Source of the DNA: an uncultured Candidatus Actinomarina sp.
Lineage (GTDB): Bacteria > Actinomycetota > Acidimicrobiia > Actinomarinales > Actinomarinaceae
Assembly (NCBI GenBank): GCA_902510055.1
Contig: CABWZY010000002.1
Span: 4,183-68,182, forward strand
Reading direction: 5' to 3'
DNA: 64,000 bases
Position numbers and translations under genes: made by a program. Positions 8,735-17,921 of the stretch are shown in pieces. A model generated the notes under the pieces. The model was not told the origin of the DNA. It saw only the letters and a program-made list of their open reading frames with translations, and ran no database searches. Every line of letters begins with the position of its first letter. Position 1 is the stretch's first letter.

Positions 8735-8775
8735 AGTTTTAAAAGACTACTATCCTGTAATTTTAAACATAAATA

Positions 8776-9936
8776 ATGATAAATATAATTTTTTCAATAG
8801 TTCTAGCATCAATAAGTATTGCTCAAATCAACATATTTGAAGTTGATGGTATTTTCTCATCTGCACACGTAAGGTCCATCGAAAGACATATTGAAGAATT
8901 TAAATATGAAAAAGAAGACTTATTTGTTGTTCAGTACAGTGCAAAAGATTTTTCATCAGAAAAATTAGAAGAATTTAACAATCTAGTTTTAAACCAGGAC
9001 TTCTTTACAGCTTTATGGGTAGGCCCGTATAAAGTTGATTTAGAATTTGACACTATAGGTAATTTTGATTTTCTAGGTTTTACTCCTGGAGTAAATTTGA
9101 TAAATGTAAATTTTAATGAATCTATAAAAAAGAAATATTGTGTTATAAATATTTGTGATTATGAAAAAAATATAATAAACATAGTTAACAAAGAGGGTGT
9201 TTACCAAGACTATATTATTGTTGGCTCTATAGGTGCTTTTATTCAAAACCTGAGTTCAGAAAATATTTCTAGCAACTTATCAGGTAAAGCTATAAATATA
9301 AATCTTTCTAATAATGAAATAGGATTTACTAAACCCTCATTGATCGAAAGATTTTATATTTCTATTTCTAATCCAATTTTTACTTATTTATTTTTTGTTC
9401 TAGGTTTTGCATTAATTGGTTTAGAATTATTTGCACTTGGACCAGGACTAATGGCATTCATAGGAGGGTTTTTAGTAATATTTTCAACAATGGCTTTTGA
9501 AGAGTTTGGAATAAATTATTTTGGAATTGTGTTATTTGTAATTTCATTTTTAGTTTACATAAAGATTTTATCTAGAGGTTACTTTTCACTTTTAGGAGTA
9601 GGTGCTTTTTTATTGTTATATTTATCCTCATTGGTTATGTTTAGGGATTATGAAATAAGAGTTAATTCAGTTCTCTTAGGATTGGTTTCCTTAGGTCTTG
9701 CTTTCTTTTATTTCATTGCGATTCCAACAGTTATTAGGTCTAGGTTAACTACTGATACAAGTGCAATGACTTCTCTCGAGGGTATGAAAGCCAAAATAAT
9801 CGAAATTCTTGATAACAATGCTGTTTTGGTAGAGGTTAATGAATTAAAGATAAGAGTAGATACCAAACAAGACAAACAATATAAAGTAAATGAAGAACAT
9901 CTTATTAAAGAAGAAGATGGAACTTTAATTATTTAA
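8776..9936 (+). CDS. NfeD-like membrane protein
   Basis: 386 aa. N-terminal signal-like helix, a soluble domain, 4-5 transmembrane helices and a C-terminal OB-like tail (KAKIIEILDNNAVLVEVNELKIRV), as in long NfeD proteins. No catalytic Ser is evident by eye. Confidence 0.4.
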   Translation: MINIIFSIVLASISIAQINIFEVDGIFSSAHVRSIERHIEEFKYEKEDLFVVQYSAKDFSSEKLEEFNNLVLNQDFFTALWVGPYKVDLEFDTIGNFDFLGFTPGVNLINVNFNESIKKKYCVINICDYEKNIINIVNKEGVYQDYIIVGSIGAFIQNLSSENISSNLSGKAININLSNNEIGFTKPSLIERFYISISNPIFTYLFFVLGFALIGLELFALGPGLMAFIGGFLVIFSTMAFEEFGINYFGIVLFVISFLVYIKILSRGYFSLLGVGAFLLLYLSSLVMFRDYEIRVNSVLLGLVSLGLAFFYFIAIPTVIRSRLTTDTSAMTSLEGMKAKIIEILDNNAVLVEVNELKIRVDTKQDKQYKVNEEHLIKEEDGTLII

Positions 9937-10012
9937 CAATTAATAAAAAAATAAGTAAAACTTCGCGAAAAAAACCTTTTGCCATATGTAAATTTCTTAA
10001 TATCGTTTCAAT

Positions 10013-10270
10013 ATGTTAGAAATAAAATATTCTTCTTGGCAGTATGATGCCATGTGCAGACAACATAGCAGCAACCTATTCTTTCCCCCAGCTACATTTG
10101 AAAAAAAAGAAGATAGAGAAAAAAGAGAATTAAAAGCTAAAGCTGTATGTAATGGATGTCCTGTTAAAACTGAATGTTTAGACGAAGCAAAGGAAATTTC
10201 TGAACCATTTGGTATCTGGGGAGGGCAAAATGAAGTTGAAAGAAAGAGAATTTTAGTTCTTTCAGAGTAG
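10013..10270 (+). CDS. whiB: WhiB-family transcriptional regulator
   Basis: 85 aa. Four Cys in the WhiB pattern (AMC...CNGCPVKTEC) followed by the GIWGG turn and a basic tail. Confidence 0.85.
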   Translation: MLEIKYSSWQYDAMCRQHSSNLFFPPATFEKKEDREKRELKAKAVCNGCPVKTECLDEAKEISEPFGIWGGQNEVERKRILVLSE

Positions 10271-11947
10271 TATTTTCCGATCGCCTGATGAGTTTATTTT
10301 TGAAGTAATCAATTTCTTATCTAATAATTCCAACATAGGTATTGCATACTTTCTTGACAACTTAGTTTCATTTTTAAAATCAGAGACAGTAAATTCAACA
10401 GGTAGTTTCTCGATATGCTTAAGCAGCATATCGAGATGAAAATCTGCGATTATTATATTTTTTGATACCCTATATATTTTTTCAGTTATAAAGAGAGATT
10501 TGATTGATTCCTTGTCATATTGATTTATCTCTACTTTATTAACATCTAATGTTTTGCCTAGTTTTGTTTTAATATCTTTGAATGTTTTACTATCTTCTTC
10601 TTCATTCTTTAAACTTAATGTTATTTGATCTTCAATAATATTTAGATTATTGTAATTTTGAACTAGTCTATCTAGAATTTCTTGTTCTATAAAATACTTA
10701 CTATTCATATATTTAACAAATCCAATTTTGTTGATTTGCTTATAGTTTTTATTTAAATCTTCTTCGATCTTATTTAAAGTATTTTCTTTAATAAACCAGT
10801 TATCTATTTTTACAGTTTTGATTTTGTCTTTAACAAAGCTACTTTCTAGAACAGTAAATAAATCATACAGAGAGTCTATTTCCTTATTGATTGCTGACTG
10901 ATTTATAAGATATTTTTTTAAGAATTTATTATTAATAAAAAACTGAAATTCTCCTCCAAAAAATTTATTATTTTCAATATTTTGGATTACAAAATTTTCA
11001 TTATTAACAATTGGTATATTTTTATTAACTTCAATTAATCCATATGTGTAAGACTTAGATTCTATATTCCAGATATTTTTTATTAAGACACTAGTTGTTC
11101 CAATAAAAATTCTTCTAGTACCTTTGTGAAAACTTTTATCAGTTATTTTATTTTTAAATTTTACAAATAATAAATTTGAAAATTCAATATTTTTATTTGT
11201 TAATAAGCTTCCTTTTTTTGGGAATTTCTTATTATTTTTTTTGAGAGATATAGCAACTCTTTTTGAATTCGAACTATCTTCATAGGATTCATTTATACTC
11301 TGCAATTCTTTTATTTCTAATTCCTCTTTCTCAGAAGGAAAGTAAATTTTGTCTGTATTAAAACTCGAACTTGCTGTACCTGTAATAACTCGACCAATTC
11401 CGTCTATAATAAAGCTTCTATCTACCCACATTGAAGCAATATTTTCTTTAAATTTACATTCTCTAATAAATTCAACGATTTCTTTAGTAATTTGAGCCCT
11501 TTCAGAATTTTTTAAATCAAACTCAAGGACTTTATAGTTTAAGTTTTCTAATTTTTCTGATTTTTCATCTAAGTCAATATATTTTGTTGAAGGTTCTAAT
11601 AAATCTATTTTTGTATAAACAAATATAAAATTTTCTTTACCTAATTCAATTAGCGTATTGAAGTGCTGTTCTGACTGTTTAGACCAACCTTGAGTTGAGT
11701 CAATTATAAATAAAATTACATTTGCATTTGAAAATCCAGAAACAGTATTCTTAAAAAAATCATTATGCCCGGGTACATCAACAATAGAGTAGGTTTGATT
11801 GTCATACTTAAAATATGTATAACCTAAGTTAATTGTTAATCCTCTTTGTTTTTCTTCAGCTAATCTGTCGGTTTCTTGATTTGTTATAAAGTTAACAAAA
11901 GTCGATTTTCCATGATCTACATGCCCTGCTGTCGCAAGTACTGTCAT
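10262..11947 (-). CDS. selB: Selenocysteine-specific translation elongation factor SelB
   Basis: 561 aa. G-domain ATAGHVDHGKST / DVPGH / TKIDL closely parallels E. coli SelB. The long C-terminal extension is consistent with SECIS-binding winged-helix domains. Confidence 0.85.
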   Translation of the reverse strand: MTVLATAGHVDHGKSTFVNFITNQETDRLAEEKQRGLTINLGYTYFKYDNQTYSIVDVPGHNDFFKNTVSGFSNANVILFIIDSTQGWSKQSEQHFNTLIELGKENFIFVYTKIDLLEPSTKYIDLDEKSEKLENLNYKVLEFDLKNSERAQITKEIVEFIRECKFKENIASMWVDRSFIIDGIGRVITGTASSSFNTDKIYFPSEKEELEIKELQSINESYEDSSNSKRVAISLKKNNKKFPKKGSLLTNKNIEFSNLLFVKFKNKITDKSFHKGTRRIFIGTTSVLIKNIWNIESKSYTYGLIEVNKNIPIVNNENFVIQNIENNKFFGGEFQFFINNKFLKKYLINQSAINKEIDSLYDLFTVLESSFVKDKIKTVKIDNWFIKENTLNKIEEDLNKNYKQINKIGFVKYMNSKYFIEQEILDRLVQNYNNLNIIEDQITLSLKNEEEDSKTFKDIKTKLGKTLDVNKVEINQYDKESIKSLFITEKIYRVSKNIIIADFHLDMLLKHIEKLPVEFTVSDFKNETKLSRKYAIPMLELLDKKLITSKINSSGDRKILL

Positions 11948-13242
11948 ACTTTGCTTAGCAATTCTATTATTTTTTTGTCATTTTTTGCTGAACAACTTCT
12001 TACGTCGATTATTATTTTATCTTCAGAAACTCTTGGTATTAGAGGAGTGTCTTGATTTGATAATATTGTCAAAAGATTATCAATATTTTGATTACCAATA
12101 CTAATTACTGGTGTCAAAAGCTTCTTATCAGGCATTGTACCTCCACCAACTAAGGACTCACTATCTACAATTTCATGGTTCATTGTTATTTCTTTTGAAA
12201 TATTTTTGATTCTTAATAGAATATCTTCGTAGGTCATCAATAAAGAAGACCAAATAGGAATTTCTATTTCATTTTTTTCTACGTATTTATTAACAGTATT
12301 TTGTAACTCAAAAAGTATTAATGGAGAGCATCTATATGTTCTAAATAAAGGATTATTTTTAATATCCTCAACGAGCTTTCCCCTCCCAGCAATTATTCCT
12401 GCTTGAACTGAGCCGAATAGCTTATCTCCAGAAAACATAACTAAATCTGAACCTTCTGTTAAAGATTCTTGAACCGTTGGCTCGTCATCAAAGATATTTA
12501 CTTGTTGTGACTCTAGAAATTTTCTATCAACCACAAGTCCGCTCCCAAGATCATGAAAAAGTTCAACATTATATTTTTTTGAGAGAGTTTTAAGTTCTTT
12601 GATTGAAACTTCTTTTGAAAAGCCTTCAATAGAAAAATTAGACCTGTGAACTTTAAGAAGAAGAGAGTCCGGGTTAGATTTTAATGCTTTTTCATAATCC
12701 TTAACATCTGTTTTGTTAGTTGTTCCAACTTCTTTAAGTTTTAAACCACTAGATTCAATTATTTCAGGCAACCTATAAGAACCCCCAATTTCAATTAATT
12801 CTCCTCTAGAGATAATTACAGACTTTACTTCAGAAGTTTCTTTTATAGTTTTTAATGCAATAAATAAAGAGGCAGCATTATTATTTACAAAACAAACATT
12901 CTCAGAGTTAAGTAGTAAATTCATAGAAGAAGTTAAGTATTCATTTCTCTTTCCTCTGTTGTGTTTGTCTAGATCATATTCGATATTTGAAGCATCTCCT
13001 GTAAATTCAGGGTTAATTTGGGCTCTACCTAGGTTTGTATGTAGTAAAGTACCTGTGCAATTAATAACACTTCTTTGAATTTTCTTTTCTAGTAAGCCAA
13101 TATTTTTCTTATATTCACTTATTGCATTTTCTTTACTTATTTTTGAATTTAAAATGTTTTTAGCAATTGAGACAGATAGCTCTCTTGGGAGGTTTGATTC
13201 AAATTCTTCGACTAAGTTGTTTACTGATATATTTTCCATCAA
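11944..13242 (-). CDS. selA: L-seryl-tRNA(Sec) selenium transferase SelA
   Basis: 432 aa. INCTGTLLHTNLGR and the PLP-Lys block FSGDKLFGSVQAGIIAG are present. Overlaps selB by 4 nt. Confidence 0.85.
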   Translation of the reverse strand: MMENISVNNLVEEFESNLPRELSVSIAKNILNSKISKENAISEYKKNIGLLEKKIQRSVINCTGTLLHTNLGRAQINPEFTGDASNIEYDLDKHNRGKRNEYLTSSMNLLLNSENVCFVNNNAASLFIALKTIKETSEVKSVIISRGELIEIGGSYRLPEIIESSGLKLKEVGTTNKTDVKDYEKALKSNPDSLLLKVHRSNFSIEGFSKEVSIKELKTLSKKYNVELFHDLGSGLVVDRKFLESQQVNIFDDEPTVQESLTEGSDLVMFSGDKLFGSVQAGIIAGRGKLVEDIKNNPLFRTYRCSPLILFELQNTVNKYVEKNEIEIPIWSSLLMTYEDILLRIKNISKEITMNHEIVDSESLVGGGTMPDKKLLTPVISIGNQNIDNLLTILSNQDTPLIPRVSEDKIIIDVRSCSAKNDKKIIELLSKV

Positions 13243-13244
13243 AT

Positions 13245-14378
13245 TTAAACTTCTACTTCTAATTCCTCAAGAACTTTAGCCAATCTTCCCGTACATGTTT
13301 CATCAGATACTGGAGGAAGAATTTTTATAACTTTATTTACTAAATCTTGCATAGCTTTTTTAGTAGGAGTATTTTTTTCTTGCAAAAGAATAGGGGTACC
13401 ATTTTCTGATTCTTCTATTGAGTCTTCACTTATTGGTATTTTATTTAGCAATGGTATGCCAAATTTTTTAGAAAGTTCATCTCCACCACCTTCTCCAAAA
13501 ATATTATATTTATTTCCATCACCTGCTTCAAAATAAGACATATTCTCAACAACACCCAAAAGAGGGATAAAACTTCGCTTCGCCATATCGGCCACTCTAG
13601 TTGCTACTTTCTGAGCGCTTGATTGAGGTGTTGTAACAACAACCAATTCTGTTTGTGGCAAAAGTCTACCTAAAGCCATTTGAATATCACCTGTGCCTGG
13701 TGGCATGTCAATTACGAGATAATCAAGGTTTCCCCATTCAACATCAAATAAAAACTGTTCAAGTGCTTTGCTAAGCATAAGTCCTCGCCACATCAGAGCG
13801 GTATCTTCATCATCGGTTATCAACCCAGTTGATACAACTTCAAGCCCGCCTTTTTTGAATGGAACTATTTTTTTATCTTTATTTGCTTCTAGCCTTCCTT
13901 CTATTCCTAATAATCTTGGTATTGAGAATCCCCAAATATCTGCATCAAGTAGTCCAGTTGTAAATCCTAAACCTTCTAGTCCTACAGCAAGGTTTGTTGA
14001 TATAGTAGATTTTCCAACTCCGCCTTTACCACTTCCAACTGCTATTACTCTCGTTCGACTATTAATATTTGTTGGAACAGCTTTATCTCGAGCATTTTTT
14101 CTAGCTATTGTCATAAGAGAAGATCTATCTTCTTTGCTCATTTCAACTACATTTATGTAAACTTCTTCAATATTTTCAATTAATTTAAGCTTTCTTTTAA
14201 TTTCTGTCTCAATTTGGTTTCTCATAGGACATTCAGCAATTGTTAAAGCAAGATCTATTGTTACTTCAGAATTTGTATAAGTTATATCTTTAACCATGCC
14301 TAAATCGACAATATTTACACCTAATTCAGGGTCCATAACATTTGATAAGTGTTTTAAAAGAATATCATTTTGTAGCAT
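13245..14378 (-). CDS. mrp: Mrp/ApbC/NBP35-family P-loop ATPase with N-terminal DUF59 domain
   Basis: 377 aa. DUF59-like VMDPELGVNIVDLGMV, deviant Walker A GSGKGGVGKST, IDMPPGTGD and VENMSYF. The usual CXXC after ENMS is absent. Confidence 0.8.
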   Translation of the reverse strand: MLQNDILLKHLSNVMDPELGVNIVDLGMVKDITYTNSEVTIDLALTIAECPMRNQIETEIKRKLKLIENIEEVYINVVEMSKEDRSSLMTIARKNARDKAVPTNINSRTRVIAVGSGKGGVGKSTISTNLAVGLEGLGFTTGLLDADIWGFSIPRLLGIEGRLEANKDKKIVPFKKGGLEVVSTGLITDDEDTALMWRGLMLSKALEQFLFDVEWGNLDYLVIDMPPGTGDIQMALGRLLPQTELVVVTTPQSSAQKVATRVADMAKRSFIPLLGVVENMSYFEAGDGNKYNIFGEGGGDELSKKFGIPLLNKIPISEDSIEESENGTPILLQEKNTPTKKAMQDLVNKVIKILPPVSDETCTGRLAKVLEELEVEV

Positions 14379-14453
14379 ACTGATATCTTATTATGGGAAA
14401 TGTACTTATAATAATAAATTTTTACAAAATCCAGAATTTGCTATAATTGATTT

Positions 14454-14801
14454 ATGGATATACAAATTAAATCATCAAGAGTAGTTTTAGCTACCGATAG
14501 TGCAGTAAAGAAGCTTAAAGAACTTAAGCTTGCTGAAGATTCAGAAAATAGCTTCTTAAGAATGGGAGTTAAGCCAGGAGGTTGTTCAGGTTATTCTTAT
14601 GAAATGTTTTTCGACACTGAAAAATTTGATGGTGATTCTATTGAAGAATATGATGGCGTTGAAATAGTAGTAGATACTGAAAGCGCATCCCATATTCAAG
14701 GTGCAACATTAGATTATAAAGAAGGTTTAATGGAAACTGGATTCTCAATAGACAATCCAAATGTTTCAAGAACTTGTGGTTGCGGAAATAGTTTTAGTTA
14801 A
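14454..14801 (+). CDS. erpA: HesB/IscA/ErpA-type iron-sulfur cluster insertion protein
   Basis: 115 aa. GGCSGYSY plus the C-terminal CGCGNSF give the three-Cys signature. Confidence 0.8.
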   Translation: MDIQIKSSRVVLATDSAVKKLKELKLAEDSENSFLRMGVKPGGCSGYSYEMFFDTEKFDGDSIEEYDGVEIVVDTESASHIQGATLDYKEGLMETGFSIDNPNVSRTCGCGNSFS

Positions 14802-15423
14802 ACTTATATCCAACTGAATGAACAGTTTTAATCCAGTCTAATCTTTTTTCACCTAGTTTTGATCTCAGTCTTCGAACATGAACATCTACTGTTCGAGCGC
14901 CTCCAAAATAATCATATCCCCAAACTTTTTCCAGAAGCTTTTCTCTTGACCAAACATTTTCTTGATTTTCAATAAAGAATTTTAATAATTCATATTCCAT
15001 ATAAGTTAAATCTAAAAGTTCATTATCTATTTTTGCTTCATACGTTTTTAAATTAATAACGAGATCTCTAAACTCTAATTTTTCTGAACTGCTATCACCT
15101 ATAAGAGAATTGATTCTTGCATTTATCTCACTAACGCGACTCTTGTTAGAAATAACCTCAATCTGGTCATTTCTAATTAAATCAATGGTTTGATCAAATT
15201 CCTTATTGTTAGAGATAATTAGAGTAGGTATTGGCTTACTTGAGCTTTCAATATCTGATAAGTTTTTCTTTGTTTCTCCATATTTAGATAATGAAGTTAA
15301 AACAATATCAACCTCATTTTGTTTACTAACTTTCTTTAAAGATAGCTTTTTAATACCAATATTCTTAAATATTGTTAAAAATTCACTATGTTCTTTATCT
15401 AAATTTATATATCCATTAACCAT
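14794..15423 (-). CDS. OmpR/PhoB-type winged-helix regulator with degenerate receiver domain (GlnR-like orphan)
   Basis: 209 aa. C-terminal trans_reg_C block LTYMEYELLKFFIENQENVWSREKLLEKVWGYDYFGGARTVDVHVRRLRSKL...VHSVGYKF. The N-terminal half lacks a clear acidic pocket. Divergent from glnII. Confidence 0.65.
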   Translation of the reverse strand: MVNGYINLDKEHSEFLTIFKNIGIKKLSLKKVSKQNEVDIVLTSLSKYGETKKNLSDIESSSKPIPTLIISNNKEFDQTIDLIRNDQIEVISNKSRVSEINARINSLIGDSSSEKLEFRDLVINLKTYEAKIDNELLDLTYMEYELLKFFIENQENVWSREKLLEKVWGYDYFGGARTVDVHVRRLRSKLGEKRLDWIKTVHSVGYKFN

Positions 15424-15490
15424 AATCTTGAAACAAAATATTAATATCTAGAAATTCCAAATATTCAAAATTGATACTACATTAGTAAAT
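15424..15490. promoter_or_regulatory. Divergent promoter region between the GlnR-like gene and glnII
   Basis: 67-bp AT-rich spacer between divergent starts. It contains one GAAAC (15430-15434), which matches half of an actinobacterial GlnR box. No full box is visible. Confidence 0.25.
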
Positions 15491-16519
15491 ATGAAAATAA
15501 AAGCAGAATATATATGGATAGATGGTAAAACTCCTACCAGTAAATTAAGGAGTAAAACAAAGATAATAGAACAAGGAACAGAGCCACCAATATGGGGTTT
15601 TGATGGTTCAAGTACAGAACAAGCAACAGGAGAGAATTCAGACTGTGTTTTAAAACCTGTTTCAATATTTAAGGATCCTATAAGAGGTGGAGATAATATA
15701 TTAGTTATGTGTGAAGTTTTAAATGTTGATATGACTCCTCATGTATCAAACACAAGAGCGGGATGCGTGGCAGCTGCTGAAAATTTTGCTGAGTTTGAAC
15801 CAATGTTTGGGCTAGAGCAAGAATATACATTTTATGAGCAGTCTTACGATTCTCTAAAAGTTGGGCAACCACTAGGATTTCCACCGTCAGGATATCCAGC
15901 ACCACAAGGAGGATATTATTGCGGCGTTGGAGCAGATGAAGTTTACGGAAGAGACATATCAGAAGAACATGCCTCAGCATGTATCGAAGCTGGTTTAGAA
16001 ATTTCTGGTACAAATGCAGAAGTTATGCCTGGACAGTGGGAATATCAAATAGGACCTATTGGCGCTCCAGATATTGGAGATCAAGTATGGGTTTCAAGAT
16101 GGTTGCTTTACAGAATTGCAGAAGATTACAATATTTCAGCAACCTTAGATCCAAAACCAGTAAAAGGAGATTGGAATGGGGCTGGTATGCATACTAACTT
16201 TTCAACAAAACAAATGAGAGAAGATGGTGGCTATGATGCAATTGTTGCAGGGTGTGAAGCATTAGGTAAAAATGCAGAACTTCATGTAAAAAATTATGGA
16301 GCAGGAATTGAAGAAAGACTCACAGGAGATCATGAAACACAAAAGTACGACACTTTCTCTTATGGGGTAAGCGACAGAGGAGCTTCAGTTAGAATCCCTT
16401 GGCAAGTAGAAGTTGATAAAAAAGGTTACTTAGAAGATAGAAGACCTAATGCAAATGCAGACCCTTATGTAATTGGTATGTTAATGATTGATACGGTTTG
16501 TTCAGCTGCTACTAGCTAG
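15491..16519 (+). CDS. glnII: Glutamine synthetase type II
   Basis: 342 aa. The N-terminus MKIKAEYIWIDGKTPTSKLRSKTK and GSII blocks (FGLEQEYT, GPYYCGVG-like GGYYCGVGADE, PGQWEYQIGP, NGAGMHTNFS) are present. Confidence 0.9.
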   Translation: MKIKAEYIWIDGKTPTSKLRSKTKIIEQGTEPPIWGFDGSSTEQATGENSDCVLKPVSIFKDPIRGGDNILVMCEVLNVDMTPHVSNTRAGCVAAAENFAEFEPMFGLEQEYTFYEQSYDSLKVGQPLGFPPSGYPAPQGGYYCGVGADEVYGRDISEEHASACIEAGLEISGTNAEVMPGQWEYQIGPIGAPDIGDQVWVSRWLLYRIAEDYNISATLDPKPVKGDWNGAGMHTNFSTKQMREDGGYDAIVAGCEALGKNAELHVKNYGAGIEERLTGDHETQKYDTFSYGVSDRGASVRIPWQVEVDKKGYLEDRRPNANADPYVIGMLMIDTVCSAATS

Positions 16520-17126
16520 ATGTTGCTGAAGCGATAATTTCATCAATTTTTTGTTGAAACTGTGCTAAGTTACCATTGAAAGACTCAAGAGCAGCAGATC
16601 TTCTTTCACCAGTGTCTGAGGAGGTTAACCCTTCAAGAAGCTCCTCAGTGTCTTCATAAATCAAGCCAGCAAGTACTTTCAACTCTTCATGGCTTGTGAC
16701 CAAGTTAGCAAAAGTATTTGGAGGACCAGGCTCACTTACAGTCGATTGAAACTGCTCAGCATCTTCAATAAACTTAGCAAATTCATCTTTAGCTTCTTGA
16801 TAGGAGAGTAATTCGTCATCCCATCTTTGGTTTGCTTCTAAAACTTTTTGGCCTAATTCATCAGATTGTAGTTTCTCTCCTTGGATTTCTTCAAGATAAG
16901 AAACAACTTCACCTGGCAATGTTGTAGTTGTAGTAGAAGTTGTAGTAGTAGTATCTTCTGTAGCTTCTTCATCTTCAATAACGGCTACTTCCTCATTCAC
17001 AGAAAGATCTAAATCATTATTAGTTGCAACTCTATTAACAAAGGTGTAAGTTGTTGCAATCATTCCAATAAGAACCAAAGGCAACACAAGTCTTCCAGGT
17101 TTAGGGTCTTGGTTAAATGTTTCCAT
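16512..17126 (-). CDS. Membrane-anchored hypothetical protein with acidic/Thr-rich linker
   Basis: 204 aa. One N-terminal transmembrane helix (LVLPLVLIGMIATTYTFV), then an EDEEATEDTTTTTSTTTTTLP linker and a helical acidic domain. Confidence 0.5.
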   Translation of the reverse strand: METFNQDPKPGRLVLPLVLIGMIATTYTFVNRVATNNDLDLSVNEEVAVIEDEEATEDTTTTTSTTTTTLPGEVVSYLEEIQGEKLQSDELGQKVLEANQRWDDELLSYQEAKDEFAKFIEDAEQFQSTVSEPGPPNTFANLVTSHEELKVLAGLIYEDTEELLEGLTSSDTGERRSAALESFNGNLAQFQQKIDEIIASATSS

Positions 17127-17129
17127 ACA

Positions 17130-17333
17130 TTACAGTTTATCAAAGATGTTAATAATGTCTTGATTTATTGATTCCCACTCTGTATTTTCTTCTTTTGTAA
17201 TTGTTATAAAACCAGGACCAAAAAAAACAGAAGACACACCTTCTATTTCATATAAATAACTTGAAAGGGCATCTTCAGTTAAGTCACTCAATATTTTCTT
17301 TGCATTTGGATTTGGTGTATCAATTAATTCCAT
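17130..17333 (-). CDS. Nfu/NifU N-terminal-domain protein
   Basis: 67 aa. TPNPNAKKI...VSSVFFGPGFITITK is typical of the Nfu_N domain. Confidence 0.6.
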   Translation of the reverse strand: MELIDTPNPNAKKILSDLTEDALSSYLYEIEGVSSVFFGPGFITITKEENTEWESINQDIINIFDKL

Positions 17334-17377
17334 ATTTTATATATATTTTAATACAAAAAACATTATCATATGACAGT

Positions 17378-17920
17378 ATGCAAAATGAAAATATTAACAG
17401 AAGTGAACTTAGCCTGAGGTTTGAATCAAGGAACTTTTATAGTATCTTTGGTCTTTATCTATTTTCATTAGGTGCTGTTATTTCCGGATATTCTTTATAT
17501 CTTTTATTAGAAGTAGTAGGGCAAGTAGACAGAAAGATAATTTCTTGGAATGGAGAGGGCCTATTTTGGTTTCTCATACTATTTTTCGCAGGAATATTTG
17601 TATTATTTATACCAGTTGAATTTCTTACTACTTTTAAGGTATTTAATGCTTCTTTTAAAGATTTAATATTTAATATTGTTTATTCAATAGTTATCTCCTT
17701 AGTCTTTCTAATTATTTTTCAATATTCTATTCCAAGTGGTAGTTTAATTATGAATGATATTTCTTTAATTGGTAAGGCCGTATCTTTTGCTGGCTTTGTA
17801 GCTGTCCCTGTAATTCTGTTTATACAACACACACTCAGGAATAAAATATCTTTACTCGAAAATGTATCTTATAGTTTTACATTGTTTGTTTGGGTCTTAT
17901 CTTCTCAGCTATTTTTATAA
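17378..17920 (+). CDS. Hypothetical polytopic membrane protein
   Basis: The track ORF 17261-17920 overlaps the Nfu gene on the opposite strand. The first non-overlapping ATG is at 17378 (MQNENINR...). The product has 5-6 hydrophobic helices. Confidence 0.45.
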   Translation: MQNENINRSELSLRFESRNFYSIFGLYLFSLGAVISGYSLYLLLEVVGQVDRKIISWNGEGLFWFLILFFAGIFVLFIPVEFLTTFKVFNASFKDLIFNIVYSIVISLVFLIIFQYSIPSGSLIMNDISLIGKAVSFAGFVAVPVILFIQHTLRNKISLLENVSYSFTLFVWVLSSQLFL

Positions 17921-17921
17921 A

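Noticed and set aside
13768-14484. Plus-strand ORFs 13768-14160 and 14296-14484
   Set aside because: Antisense to mrp, whose Walker A and DUF59 motifs are clear. The translations are Ser/Pro/Ile-rich shadow sequences.
15206-16197. ORFs 15206-15451 (+), 15705-16013 (-) and 15979-16197 (+)
   Set aside because: They overlap the well-supported regulator and glnII genes in other frames or on the other strand.
16920-16952. GTAGTT-like tandem repetition in the DNA
   Set aside because: It is the coding sequence (minus strand) of the poly-Thr linker, not a non-coding repeat.
17261-17377. N-terminal 39 codons of track ORF 17261-17920
   Set aside because: This extension overlaps the Nfu-domain gene on the opposite strand. 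The first ATG clear of it (17378) gives a sensible membrane protein.
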